The translations under genes and the position numbers were made by a program. Under the pieces are notes generated by a model that saw only the letters and a list, made by a program, of their open reading frames with translations, was not told the origin of the DNA and did no database searches. A stretch of DNA of 64,000 bases, taken from the NCBI GenBank assembly GCA_043228905.1, contig JBHGNT010000013.1:20832001-20896000 (forward strand). The letters are read 5' to 3'. Of the stretch, positions 14,808-28,180 are shown in pieces. The stretch comes from Azolla caroliniana (taxonomy: Eukaryota; Plantae; Polypodiophyta). How positions within the stretch are numbered: position 1 is the first letter of the stretch; each line of letters opens with the position of its first letter.

Positions 14808-16879
14808 ACACTACTTCTTAAAGCTTAGGTGTTCTTCTTAAGAGATTCGTCGAGCCCGATGTGTGAATATACTACCATCTATCATTTTGTGAGCAAGTAG
14901 ATGGGCGAGAATGAATGCCAATCAGTCTTGAGCTACTAATGACATTGAGCAACTTTAATCTTATGATATGACCTAATGACATGTTGATAAAACAAGACCT
15001 TAACACTTAATCATGAAGAGAAGTTGCTACAATTGCAAACACTCAATAGAAGAGTGAAGAGACAAGAAATCACCAACATGATGGAGCTTTTATTAGTCAG
15101 TTGAATTAATTTATAAGGTTAAGTTAATTACAATGATTAAGCTTCGGGCTTGACATTACAATGAGGGAGATCGCCTACAAAAGGTTTCTAGTTCCTTATA
15201 TAACAATATTATAACACTGTGTCTTTTACACTTGGGAAGGTATATAAAGGTTTACACTAGTTATCATTACACTTTATTACAAATTTATGCTCTCTATCTC
15301 TCTCTCTCTCTACATATTCAAGGAGTCTTCACTCTATTTGCGAACTATAACATTGGAGTTGATATGTTTATCATATGCTTAACATTACCTAAAACCTAAT
15401 GTGTGCACACTCCCCAAGTCCACTCAAAGAAGTCTCTCGCTAGGGGTGTCGATGAGGAGGAAAGGCAATGAAGTTCAAGGGAATCCTGGAAAGCAAGAGT
15501 CCCTAGGGTGAGTTTTGAATGATGGTGTGAGATAGATGCATGTCCTTTTAATATCCATGGGACAATAATTAAGCATTAAGAGCTTCACAAAATCGTAGGA
15601 AGCCATGAATTTTGTTGAAGTGCTTGCTAATAATTAGGGGACGGATGAGACAAAGGTTGAGCATGGGAAGCGGGACTCCTAAAAATGGAGAAAAGAAGGT
15701 GAGCCAACATTAGCAATCCATGTTTACATCAAGCACTAAGAAGAGACGGCCTAGGAATGCAACTTGAGAGAAAATAGTTGGGCTTACAAGGAAAATTGTT
15801 TGTCATGGGCTCAAAATCATATTAAAGCTACATTAGGGGTTACTCCCATGCATGAACTACATATTAACCATTTGACATTTGATGGGGCCGAGATTGAGGT
15901 CACACAATTACATAATGTGCAAGTAATGGTATGCCATATTTAACAAAAAGATGACACTAAACGTTGTAGAAAGCCTACATCACTAATTGTGAGAATTAGA
16001 ATTTAGCATCACATCAAAAAATGGGATGTTTCTATATGTACTACATTGTGACGCTAAACATTAAATTAAAAAAACTCAACATTCAAAATTACAAATTAAA
16101 TAAAAAAAGAAGTTATAACAAAACTGGGATTCATAAACTCCTTATCTTATTCTCCTTTCTCTCCCATTAATCGATATAGCAGAAAACAAGTGCTCGAGCT
16201 CTCCTCTACTTTCAACAAAAAACTATCTACACACTGGTAAGTACTAGACATGGGTCTTGAAGATCGAGGTCTCTAATTCTTCATCATTCCCTTAATCCCT
16301 TGGCCTTTCCAATCTAAACAACACACATATGAGTCATCCCGCCTCTTCTATATGGTTGAAGAGCTACTGTTGTTGGGTTGGGGTATATCAAGCAAAAATA
16401 GCGTATAATAGTTTGTTTCTACCGTATAAAGAATTTGAATTGGAATTTGGTACCCATACGTTAATATAATTTGAGAATATTTTGTCATCAACTGTTTTGA
16501 ACTCTTGTATAAGTGTTTATAGATTAGCTTGCCATAATGCAATGCATTAAATTGCCACAACCCAAGGATCTTCATTGTGTTATCATGTTTGTTACATGTC
16601 AATGTATAGAATAATTGGAATGGTACTATAAGCAAAAAGAGTCATATATAAAATAAAAAAGTAAATCTATCGGTTTAATTGTACAGTTTATGTAAATATG
16701 ATATGGTGAACTGAAATTTAAAGGATCTTTTCCCATCACGCGTTATATTTCTATGTAAGGGTCAACAACTGATAGAATTTACTAGGCTTAATATAATTGC
16801 AATTTTTTATCATGATAGAACCTACTAGTAATGCCAAAAGCATGTGTTGGCATAGCTTGGCCTGCTTTGATTTCTTGGT

Positions 16880-17350
16880 TTTTAAGCCGAACCGAACTAT
16901 TTACACAAGATAACAAAACAAAACCAAAATTTTTAAGAATGATAAAACCATTTGAACAAGAACTTTTAAGAATGATGAAGCTATGTATTTAAACCAAATC
17001 GTTTTAAGAGAGCTAAAACCAAATTGTTTAAAAAAAAGTTGGAACCGAAGCAAACCATTTATTTACAAATGTAAACCAAACCATTTCAGTCAAATTCATT
17101 AAACAATTGAATAAAAAATAACACTAAAACTTCTAAGTTGTATTAATTAAATCATTAGGAAACGATAGCAAATGTTAACAAAAAACCTTTAAACCGGGCC
17201 GCTTAATTTGTAGTTGATAAAACCTTTATTTAGAGCAAATTGAATTGAAACAAAACCGTTTAAAAATATTCGAAACCAAACCACATTGTTTAATTATATT
17301 CAAACTGATCAAACAAATTAAACCACCATTGAACTGTTTGGTTTGTTTTC
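16880..17350. mobile_element. Degenerate AACCG/AAACC-rich element similar to 1612-2066
   Basis: Repeated CCGAACC/AAACCAAA motifs only; ends unresolved. Confidence 0.35.
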
Positions 17351-18948
17351 AGCTGAACGAGGGCCCATACCTATGCATGTGTATGTGTATGTTTGAATGT
17401 TTTCGTCTCAATAATATTTTTGGTTTCCTTGGATATAATGTAAACATCAAAAGCATGCCAATATTCTTAAAAATGACCTAAAATATTGTAATTGAAAATG
17501 TCAAGAGGTCAATACTATTAACATTCGTCCTAAATAATCCATTCAAATATACTAGTCCCTTTATAGCTATACAATTTCTAAGATAAAATTTAAAAACAAA
17601 GTGTTTTGGGATGAATCACCATGATATCATTAATCAAACAACCGAGCATACATTGACAAAATATATACGTAGACTTATATTGATGAAATGGAAAATTGAC
17701 ACAATGCATTCTAGTTATTTTCATTTTCACAATAGAGAAGGAACATCCCCTCCACACACACATAACGTCAATGAGGGGGAAACTATAACTTCAACCATTG
17801 GTTGATCGGTTAGAGACAATGAAGAAAGAGACTAAGTGATGGAGGAAATTTACACTAAAGATCGGGTGGTGATACCATCTTATTCATTAGGTTATAGAGA
17901 ATATATACATATACATAGAAACAATAGTGAGAAAAAGTCTAAAAGTACCTATGGCCCAATACTATTAGAGTATGTTGTTTTCCATTTGGGAATTTCTCTC
18001 CATAATAGAGAGCAATGGAGATGAATTCGTATGCATTCACGGAGGGTAGAATGAGTTAGTGAAGAATGGGGAATCACAAGATCCAATTGTTAATGGCAAT
18101 TGGTGGATTGTCCATCATAAATTTGAGGTGCTCTTGCATGAGCTAGGCCTCCATATGTACATTGTAGACACACATTCAAGGGAGAGATTATATATCTTTA
18201 TATATCTAGATTGAGGAGACATAAATACCATCTAAATGTGATTTATGGCATTGATCAAGCCAATGACAAAGATCGAATTTGGGGTATCTCAATGTGTCCA
18301 CTTATGTAGGGGTCCTTGGGATGCTTCATGTATGGTAGTCCGCACTTCTTGAATGATCTCTCTAACATTATTCTTCATGGCACTCCCAAGTATGGTTAGC
18401 ACAAAGTGTTGGTGAATGCAATGATGCAGTATTTCTGTAATCTCATCACGATTACATGACATTGGCTACTACTTGTACAATATACATCCCTATTTAATAT
18501 AGTGAGGAACTGAACCCAACGTAGTTCACGTTCAACTCCTTTATTTTTTCATGAGCATCTAGTGAAGTAACCATATGATGAAATTTGAAACGCGATGTGT
18601 TGGATGGCGAGAATCACACTAGGCCCAATTATCTACACAACGTTAGAGAAAGGAATGAGGCCATATGTATTGGCATGGGAGGGGGGACACTTGTAAAATG
18701 GGTCCAAATATTGGACTCATATTATGTATGTATCTCTACTCCACTCTAGAAAACCACAAATTGATCGAAGGAACGATGGAGGTAATGAATCAGACGGATT
18801 TGAGACTGAATTTCCATTAGGTTTGGGTCGGAGCATTGGCCATCTTAAGTGTTTGTATGTGCAGCAGGTCTGAATGTGACATTACCAGCATTACCATCGA
18901 ATTGGCATTAGCTGAATCAGAGGAATTCCAAGGAACAGAGCAACACAT

Positions 18949-18950
<2 letters not shown>

Positions 18951-18983
<33 letters not shown>
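18951..18983 (+). repeat. (ATG)11 microsatellite forming the start of paralog A
   Basis: Eleven consecutive in-frame ATG codons precede AAG ATG ATA AGG. Confidence 0.9.
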
Positions 18984-18985
<2 letters not shown>

Positions 18986-20167
18986 GATGATAAGGCTCCT
19001 CCCCTTCCAGCTCCTCCTACCTGCCCTTCTCTTCCTTACGGCTCTCAGCCCCGCCTCGTTTCCGCCTGTGATCTATGGTGTCTCGGCGCAGTCGAGCGTG
19101 GCAACATGTACCGCGAGCACCCAAGCATTGCAAGCGGCTTGCGGCACTGAAACAAGTACCACGACCACATGTTGCCCTGTCTATGAATCTCAGGTCAATG
19201 CCTACTACGATTGCTATTGCTCTCTCAACACCACTCTCCTCCTCCAACTGGCCACTGCCTGCTCCTTCATGCTTCCCCAGAATCTCACTTCATGCTTCCC
19301 ACCAGGTACATACATACTGATACATACTGATACATACATACATACATACATACAGGAATCCTTTCATGAATCAAATAATCAGACACGCAGGGCACACACT
19401 AACCATAAGATTTCAAGAAATTATCAATGGCGTCTGCATCTTGTAGACTACTTACGAATCGTAGTGATTGTAATATTTGCAGCCACACCACCATCATCAC
19501 CACCATCATCACCACCACCATCACTACCACCACCACCACCACCACCTCCACCCCCACCTCCAACATCTTGTGATGCGGTTTGGGAGGCTCTTCGTACTGC
19601 TTGCAATAATGGCACACTCACCCAATGTTGTAACCAGATCTCAAGCTCTATGACTGACACTCCAACTTGCTATTGTGAGTTCACCAGTCTCAACGTAACC
19701 ATCTTCTATAACATCGTTGCCCCCAACACATGTAACCTGGTTGTCCCTCCCACCGTTTCCGCATGCCTCGCTGGTAAGCACCCCAAAAAACAAACCTTTC
19801 TCTGTTCATGACATAAGGTTTGCCTAAGCTCACCAATTCCATCCATTAGCTGTGTCCTCTTGCTAAATTTTAATTCTTTCTCTCAGCCTTGTCTCCTCCC
19901 TCACCATTGCCATTCACATCATCGCCACCGCCACCGCCACCGCCACCGCCACCGCTATCTCCACCTCCGGTTTCTACTGCTCCGCCACCGCCATCACTGC
20001 CGCTACTCACATCGCCGCCTCCGCCTCCACCAGTAGCCAAAACCGCCCCTCCTCCTCCATCTAACACGCCAAGCGTCATTGGTGGTGCTAACATTCTACC
20101 CACATCCACACAAACTCTCCTCATCATGCTTATAACTATACAACTACCCCTCCCCTTCTTCATGTGA
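18951..20167 (+). CDS. Paralog A: secreted double-8CM, Pro-rich, probable GPI-anchored protein (LTPG/xylogen-like superfamily); exons 18951-19305, 19483-19773, 19887-20167
   Basis: Hydrophobic leader ending VSA|Q; two C-Xn-C-Xn-CC-X12-CYC-Xn-C-X10-C domains; SP(n) linkers; hydrophobic C-terminus; phase-1 GT-AG introns conserved with paralog C. Confidence 0.85.
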
Positions 20168-20760
20168 AGGAACAAGGAACTCCTCCATTCTAGTTGATGT
20201 TGATGACCCACCATAATTACCGACTTTATATACACCACACAAGCAAAACATCATCTGTGCCGCCTCATACTTTGCACTCTAATATCTCCCATAACATTCC
20301 TAATAATCATCAAAATACTTGTGTCCCTAGTGAGCCACACTGTGGATCAAGAAAAAAAAATCACAAGTGACGTTTTTTCTTTTGTATTTGATTTGTGGCA
20401 TTTTGCCGAAACGGATGGAATAATTATTTTTCTTTAAAATTAACATGTTATATATAATAACTTTTGTGTCCAATGTAGCTAGGCAATTTTGGTTTTGTAT
20501 TGTCTGGAATTTAGAACTCCTATGGAATGCAATCAGGAATCTACCCATGAATGTGGATATATGGTAAGGGAACTAAGTCAGATGTTTAAAATTGGAAAGT
20601 AATTTGGTCTACGTTATTTGTCCATTTCATTCATAATAATTTGAGGAGTCTAGGGATGGAATAATGATTCTCTTTCCACACAACATAATACCTTGAGTGT
20701 TTTGTATTGGTACATTCATCACAAATCCATTGCCTTAGTCTAGGCTATTCCTGCCTTCTA

Positions 20761-23700
20761 TGTTGGAAAATGTAAGGAAAACAATAAAATTGTAAAATAA
20801 TTAAAAATAAACAGTTACGACTCTTGATACGAAGAGTCACATGTATCATACATAAAAAGAAAACACGCCTCTCTCTAATTGAGGAGAGAAGAGCAACAGG
20901 AAATAAAAATAACAGAATTCATCATTCTTTCTTTCTCTATCTCCTTGACTCTGTTTCTGTAGATGGTATCAGAGCCACAATTATAGAGAAACAGACAACA
21001 GAATCAATACATCGATCTGCAGACCAGAATTCTTACCTCTTTAAAGACCTGTACATTCCTGGTTCTGAACTTTTATTAAACCATGGCTCAGGCAACTTCT
21101 TCATCATCTCAAAATCTCCTATATAGAAAAACAACAATTAGCAAATTTAATAGCACCAACTACAGAGTTTGGAGCAGCAAAATGACCCTCATATTCAAAC
21201 AACTAAAATTATGGGCAGTTGTTGAGGGCAAAGAGACCCAACCCACAACGTTAGACCCGAACTATGCTGCATGGGAAGAAAAAGATCTAGTGGCAAAGCT
21301 AGAAATTATGTCGAATCTGGAGGACCAGCAAGCTGACACGATCAGAAATTGCTGCACTGCAAACGTGATGTGGATCGACTTGAAAAACGAATTCGAACCA
21401 ACCACAGATGGAAATCAGGTCATGACTCTAAACTCATTAGTAATTTTAAAAATGCAAGAAGAGGAGGATATGTGTGCATTTATAAACTCATGGAAACGCA
21501 AACTAGATGACTGTCTTACGTCTGGAGTTGAAATAGAGTCAAAATTGCAAAGACTTCTCCTATTAGGTGCATTGCCACCATCATGGAGCACTTTCGTCAC
21601 CACCCAAAATTTCAATACAAACACAACTCTCATTGACCTCATAAATTGTATAAGACAAGAAGAGGCAATGAAAAAGGCATGTCGACCGGAACAAACACAA
21701 CACACATTAACAATGGTAGCATACCATAGCAAACAACCCTCTCAAAATCAAAGAGCGGAATACAAGCCCAAATATTACCCAGAAAATTTTAGATCACAAA
21801 TCGGAGGTCTTAGGTTCTCACAAATTTTCTGCACCATTTGCAAGAAATCTGGACATACAAACAATCAATGTAGGTTTAGACAAACCAAAATTAAACAACC
21901 ATATCAAAGATCTAGATCTCGAGTAGAAGCCCACTTAGTTGAAGAAATCTCAAAAGATGAATCATACCCAACTGAAACAAACAATGAAAAAATTGACGAC
22001 GGTTATGATGACCTCTTGCAAGCATTCCTTGCCGAAGCCTTAACAACAGAAATCGACACAAAACAGAAATCTAACAACACCTGGTATTTTGATACCGGTG
22101 CCACTCATCACATGACAAATAATAGACAATCCATAAAAAATTATAACCCCTTACCATCACCAATCCCTGTCGTGTTTGGTAATAATGGTAGGCTAAATGC
22201 TTTAGGAAAAGGGGATGTAAACCTCTTTCTGGAAAACAACCAAGTTCTTATAGTAGACAATGTTTATTTTGTCCTTGGAATCACAAAAAACCTACTATCC
22301 GTCTGTCAAGCAACCAAAAATGGCACCTCCATAAAGTTTGAAGAAACATATGCACAAATTAAGCATAAAACCCCGCATAGACAGATAACCAAATACATCT
22401 GTAAACATCTAGATGACGGTGTCGTGACGTGGCTCGCCTAGAAGCGCAGCGTTGCGCACGCAAAGGATAACGTGAAAGTGAGGAAGGAATCACTAGGATT
22501 ATGGACGGAAGAGACGAAAGAGTAGAGATGGAATGAATAGAGATCAATAAGATATGACAAAATAGGATTTTTAAGGAATATAAGATAAGACAAGATAAGA
22601 TATAAACTAATATATGAGAAAGTGTATGAAATTTATAATCATTTTCATGAAAGAGTTACAAAATGATTGTGCACGTCGTTGAACCTCCGAACTTTGCCTT
22701 GCAAGGTAATCGCTCTTCTCTTTCTTGATCGTAGACCACTACAATCTTCACTTCAATATTTTGATGAAGATAAGGCTCGAACCGCCTCCCTCTTGTTGAG
22801 AGTTGACCACCACGACCGCCAAGCTAGAGCTCCACCTTTATCTTAAACTTCTTCCCTTCTTTATCTATTTTTATGATATCTCTTATGTAATACATAATTT
22901 GATTGATATCTCATACCTCTCCCCCTTTTTGATCTTCTCTTTCACCCTTTAAATAGGTGCCCCCATGCATATGATGCATTGGAGGGTACAAGTCATGCAT
23001 GTGATGCATGATAAACATCTCGCTCATTTGAGTTTTTATGTATGAAACAATATATGCAATAACAATAAACATGAAAATATAACCTTAAAGAGAAAGGGCC
23101 TAGCCTAATGGTAAGTGTGTTAACTTTGGTGTATGAGGTTGTGGGTTCAAGTCTCAAAATACTATTGAATTGAACATACAACTTTATTTTTATATCATGA
23201 AGCAAATCCTTTATGTAATATAAAGTATGCTTTATTTTATCTATATTACTAGTATAGAGTAAATGGTAAGATTTGAGAGTCATAGGGTGGGGTTATTGGT
23301 TCAAGTCCTCTCTTGTTTGTGTAATATAATATATTTATCTATATATATATTATTTTTCTTTACGTATATATAATATTATCATATGTGTTGTTAATATTAT
23401 CTTTATATATAAAACATTATCAAATGTTATTTTAGTTACGTATTTATCTTATTGTAGACTTTTAATGTGAAGCTTTCGTACTTCACGACAACGGACTCTA
23501 TCGCATCCCATGCACACCCACAACCATCACTTTAGAAGCACACTATACATCAACAAATGAACAATCTACCTTAACAATTCTGTGGCACCATCGACTCGCA
23601 CACACTCATACACAAGCCATAAAAAATATGCAATTTCATAATATGGCACTAGGCCTTCCAAAAGCCCACCTCACAAACTTGACAATATGTGAAGGGTGCA

Positions 23701-26700
23701 TTCTTGGAAAAATGCCCCAACATCCTTTTCCACGTCAACAAACCACAAGTAGTCAACCCCTAAAACTTGTCCATAGTGATCTCTACGGCCCTTTTCCTAC
23801 AAAATCAATAATTTAGTGGATCAATATACTTCATAAGCTTTATCGACGATTATAGTAAATTCACCGTTATTACTTTCTTAAAAACAAAAAATCAAGCCAT
23901 ATCTGCATTCAAAAATTACCTTCACCTCGCTAAAAATCTAACTAACCACAAACTAAAATCCCTACAATTGATGGTGGAGGGGAATATCACTCAAAGGAAT
24001 CCATACATTTTTGCCAATCACAAGGAATCCACCATCGGAGGTCCGTTCCACACACACCTCAACAAAATGGCACTGCAGAAAGAAAAATAGAAGCTTGTTA
24101 AATGCTACTAGCAACATGCTACATGTTGCAAAACTAGAATCAAAATTCTGGGAAGAAGCTATTGCGACAACTTGCTATATCCAAAATCGAGTCTACCATC
24201 ACTCACTAGGCTTCCTCACTCCATTTGAACTCTGATATGGACATAAACCACACCTCCAAAATTTGAAAATATTCGGTTGTCCTGCATTTGCTCACATACT
24301 AGACACCAAAAGAAAGAAACTTGACACAAAAGCCAAGAAAGCAATCTTTGTCGGCTATGGCGACGCCCACGGTTATAAAGCCTATCGCCTATATAACCTT
24401 GACACAAACACATTTTTTTTCAGTAGAAGCGTCCTATTTGATGAAGATAACATTCTTCAAAAACCTAAGAGTCCCACAAATTCTTTAACAAACATAGAAA
24501 CAGATAAACACCATCAAGGTAATGTCACTTCCTGGCCACTACAACTTGACTAACACTCCTTACATGATCCGCACCACGGCTCCTCCGGCACAACCGCTAC
24601 ACCATCCTCAATTTCCCTCAGCCTGACGACACCCTCACATTATCACTTCTCTGATGATGAATATGACTCCACATTTTTTGGACTCCCAAATAAACTCATC
24701 ATACGATGCATAATCTTCCCCTTTGTATGAAGACAACCATGTGTACAAATATCAAAAACTTACCTGAGCAAAGAGACCTGTCTGCAACGCTCCATTACCA
24801 CGGGCCGAGCAAGATGACCATATTTGACCAACTCCATCTTCTGCTCGGTTGCTCGATCATCGCCCACAGTCACCCTTGCACGTCACTGATCAAGCTTCGT
24901 CCTCTACTACCTACAGAACCATGTCTTCTGACGAGGATGGAGAAGACAGTCACGACCACATGCGACCGACACCGATAGACCATCGCGACTGTCCTGAACT
25001 GTCCATTGCTGACTTACACAGCAGGAAACAGAAGATCACGTCACCGAGCCCGCATCCTTCACTCAGTTCCCAAAATAGAACTGACCACTCAAACATCGGG
25101 CAGCCACATGTTTTGTCACACCCAAAGACTTTGAACGATTTTAACTCTCTAAACACCCTGCAAACTAAACATCAGACCATCTCTAACATCGACACTACAC
25201 CTCCTAGACGCCTTAGAAAACTGTCAGACATCTACTAGGAATTAGACGAACTAGAGTGTCATTTTAGCGATCTCGAGACGGGGCATACATCTAACCTTGA
25301 TGTAGACAGTCCACATATTGATTTCGAAGAACCTACCAATGTTGAAGAAGCACTTCAGAGCCAAAATGCCGATTATTGGATAAACGCAATGAAAGACGAA
25401 ATGCATTCCCTCACCAAAAATGAAACATGGGACCCAGTGACAAAACCCTCCGACCGTAAGATCATCACTTGCAAGTGGGTACTCTGAATAAAGTATGACC
25501 CTCAAGGACAACCTGTTCGCTTCAAAGCAAGATTAATTGCTCGAGGTTTCACACAAGTATTCGAAATAGACTTCACAAATACTTTCAGTCCTACACTACG
25601 AATAACATCTTTTCGACTACTTGTGGCCATCGCTGCGGCTCAAAAGCTTGAGCTTCATCACTTGGATGTTCAAACTGCGTTTTTACATGGTGACCTCGAA
25701 GAAGAAGTCTATATGGCGCAACCCCCCTATTTTCAAAATACACAATTTCCAACACACGTCTGCAAACTTCAGAAGTCTATCTACAGCCTAAGACAATCAC
25801 CTCGAGCGTGGTACTGTCGTCTCCATACTTTCTTAATAAAATGTGGCTATAGTAGACTTAAAAGTGAACCTAACATCTATCTTAGAAAATCGGCATCCAA
25901 CTTCATCATATTAGGAGTATATGTGGATGATTTTCCCTTATTATCAAATTCTCTATCTCATTTAAATTTTTGTAAACAAGAGTTGAAATTAGTTTTTCCT
26001 ATCACCGATCTTGGACCCATGACCTATTTTCTAGGAATAGAAGTAAAAAGAAATACAAGTCTAGGACAAATCTCACTCTCACAATCTCAATACATTGATA
26101 ATATTCTAAAATGTTTTAACATGGAACACTGCAAACCCATATCTACCCCACTTCCTACCACAATTAAGTTGTCCATTGAAGATAGTCCAAAATCACTCAT
26201 AGAAGAAACTGAAATGGAAAACATTCTCTATAGACAAGTAATAGGCTCCATACGATATCTAGTTTGTAGTACGAGACCAGATTTATGTTTTAGTACAGGA
26301 TTACTATCATGATTTATGATGAACCCTAGCCCCAAACATTGGCAAGCACTTAAGAGAATTCTTAGATATCTTAAACATACTAAACACTCGTGTCTTACTT
26401 TTCAATCCATGCATTCGGAGTTGATCCAACCAAAATTGTGTGGATGGGCAAACCCCTCAACTGCGCTTCATGGATGGACCGACGCCAACTGGAGAGGAGA
26501 TGTGGATGACCAAAAATCCACAAGTGGCTACGTTTACACCTTTGCAGGAGGAGCGATTGCGTGGACGTCGAAAAAACAAACTATGGTTTCACTATCTTCG
26601 ACAGAAGCGGAATATGTTGCCGCTACCCTAGCTACAAAAGAAGGAATTTGGCTAAAAGCCATATTAGAAGAAATAAATTTTGCTGAAGAAAAACCAATAG

Positions 26701-27187
26701 AAATCTACTGCGACAATTAATCATGTTTGAAGTTGGCAAGCAACCCAAGAATTAGCGACAATATACGTCACATATCTTTCAAGCATCATTTCTTAAGAGA
26801 CATGATTGAAGAAAAGAAGATCAACATAAAGTTTATGCCATCAACTTTGATGTGGGCAGATTTCTTAACAAAGCGAGTAGCAAGTCATAAACATCTACAA
26901 TGTTGCAAAAACATTGGACTACTCAATCATACAAAAACTGAAGATAAAAGCTTCGAATTTTGATTATTTTCCTTAGGGAGGAGTGTTGGAAAATATAAGG
27001 AAAACAATAAAATTGTAAAATTATTAAAAAATAAATAGTTACGACTCTTGATATGAAGAGTCACATGTATCATACATAAAAAGAACACACACCTCTCTCT
27101 AATTGAGGAGAGAAGAGCAACAAGAAATAAAAATAACAGAATTCATCATTTTTTCTTTCTCTATCTCCCTGTCTCTGTTTCTCTAGA
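20761..27187 (+). mobile_element. Ty1/Copia LTR retrotransposon with short LTRs, degenerate; LTRs 20761-20963 and 26984-27187
   Basis: TSD TTCTA on both sides; PBS TGGTATCAGAGCC (Met-i) 20964-20976; PPT AGGGAGGAG; gag CCHC knuckle, protease WYFDTGA, integrase, RT YVDD and RNase H with stops and frameshifts. Confidence 0.95.
22420..23490 (-). mobile_element. Solo LTR nested in the Copia pol, 4-bp TSD
   Basis: TGTCGTGA...TCACGACA termini; TSD ACGG at 22416-22419 and 23491-23494. Removing it restores the frame H-L-D-D-G-L-Y-R-I. Confidence 0.85.
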
Positions 27188-27559
27188 TTCTATTTGTCCA
27201 AGATTTTCCCAAAGATGGGCACAAGAAGTTGATGCTTAACTTCCCTAAGTAATTTGGTCTAGGGTATTCCTAACTTCATTTGTCCAACATTTTTCCAAAG
27301 ATGGACATGTTCAAGAAGATGTTTTTGCACAAGCAAGTTAACAAACCACATGCACCAAATTTGGAGTAATATATAGAGTATTATGATTACCATATGATGA
27401 CTCGAACCTATGACCTACACATCCTTCATGCATTTAAGAGAGAAACTATTCAAACAGGTTCACGATCAAGATGACGCATTCTAGTTCAATGTTAGTCTTC
27501 AACTCAAATGTTTGAAAAGCAAGTTCATGACATTAGAACAACACTTGCTGGGGGATCTA

Positions 27560-28180
27560 CAACCAGTCAACATGGAGATGCAACAACGACATGAAGATTT
27601 GACACAACCGGTGCAATAAATTGAAATTAGCATTGCAAATTGTACAATAACAAGGAGCCAGAACACAAGTTTGTGGAGAGGAGCCAAACATTATCCTTTT
27701 TGGGAAGTTTGATGTCTCATGTTTACAATTTAAGGATTCTTGAATCATGTACGATTTTGTAATCTATATGCACCTTGCTTGTTCCTTGATTGATGCATCT
27801 TGAGTAAGTTTATAGGCACATGAGTGAGTGGGTCAACAATAGCATGATTTATACCTTTGCTAAAGAAGGGTCTCCATTGTTAAATGATTTTGGAGAATTC
27901 ATAGAGGAATTCAAATAATGTTTTGGAGACATGGATAACATGAGAACAACTATAAACAAAATTTGAAGAATTCCACAAGAAGATCGACTAGCTTTGATAA
28001 ATGGAGAAGAATTCCATCTTCTTGCTTGTGATATTCCTTGGATGAACAAGCATTAGTGGAATAAATTTAATATGCCAGGCTACATAATGATGTTATAGAT
28101 CTTCGTCTCACTTTTACTGAGGAGCCATGCTCATTGAGGCAATCACTCGAGTAGCATGAATTGAGAGCAAACTTTCTGAG
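27560..28180 (+). mobile_element. Degenerate Ty3/Gypsy (Tcn1-like chromovirus) gag remnant; duplicate at about 42230-42520
   Basis: LNDFGEFIEEFK*CFGDMDNMRTTINKI...EFHLLACDI resembles retrotransposon gag; near-identical text recurs in the next spacer. Confidence 0.6.

Noticed and set aside
23095-23165. Genuine tRNA genes (also at about 14490 and 41995)
   Set aside because: Acceptor and anticodon stems do not pair well; only the A/B boxes and spacing are retained, so they are reported as tRNA-like cassettes.
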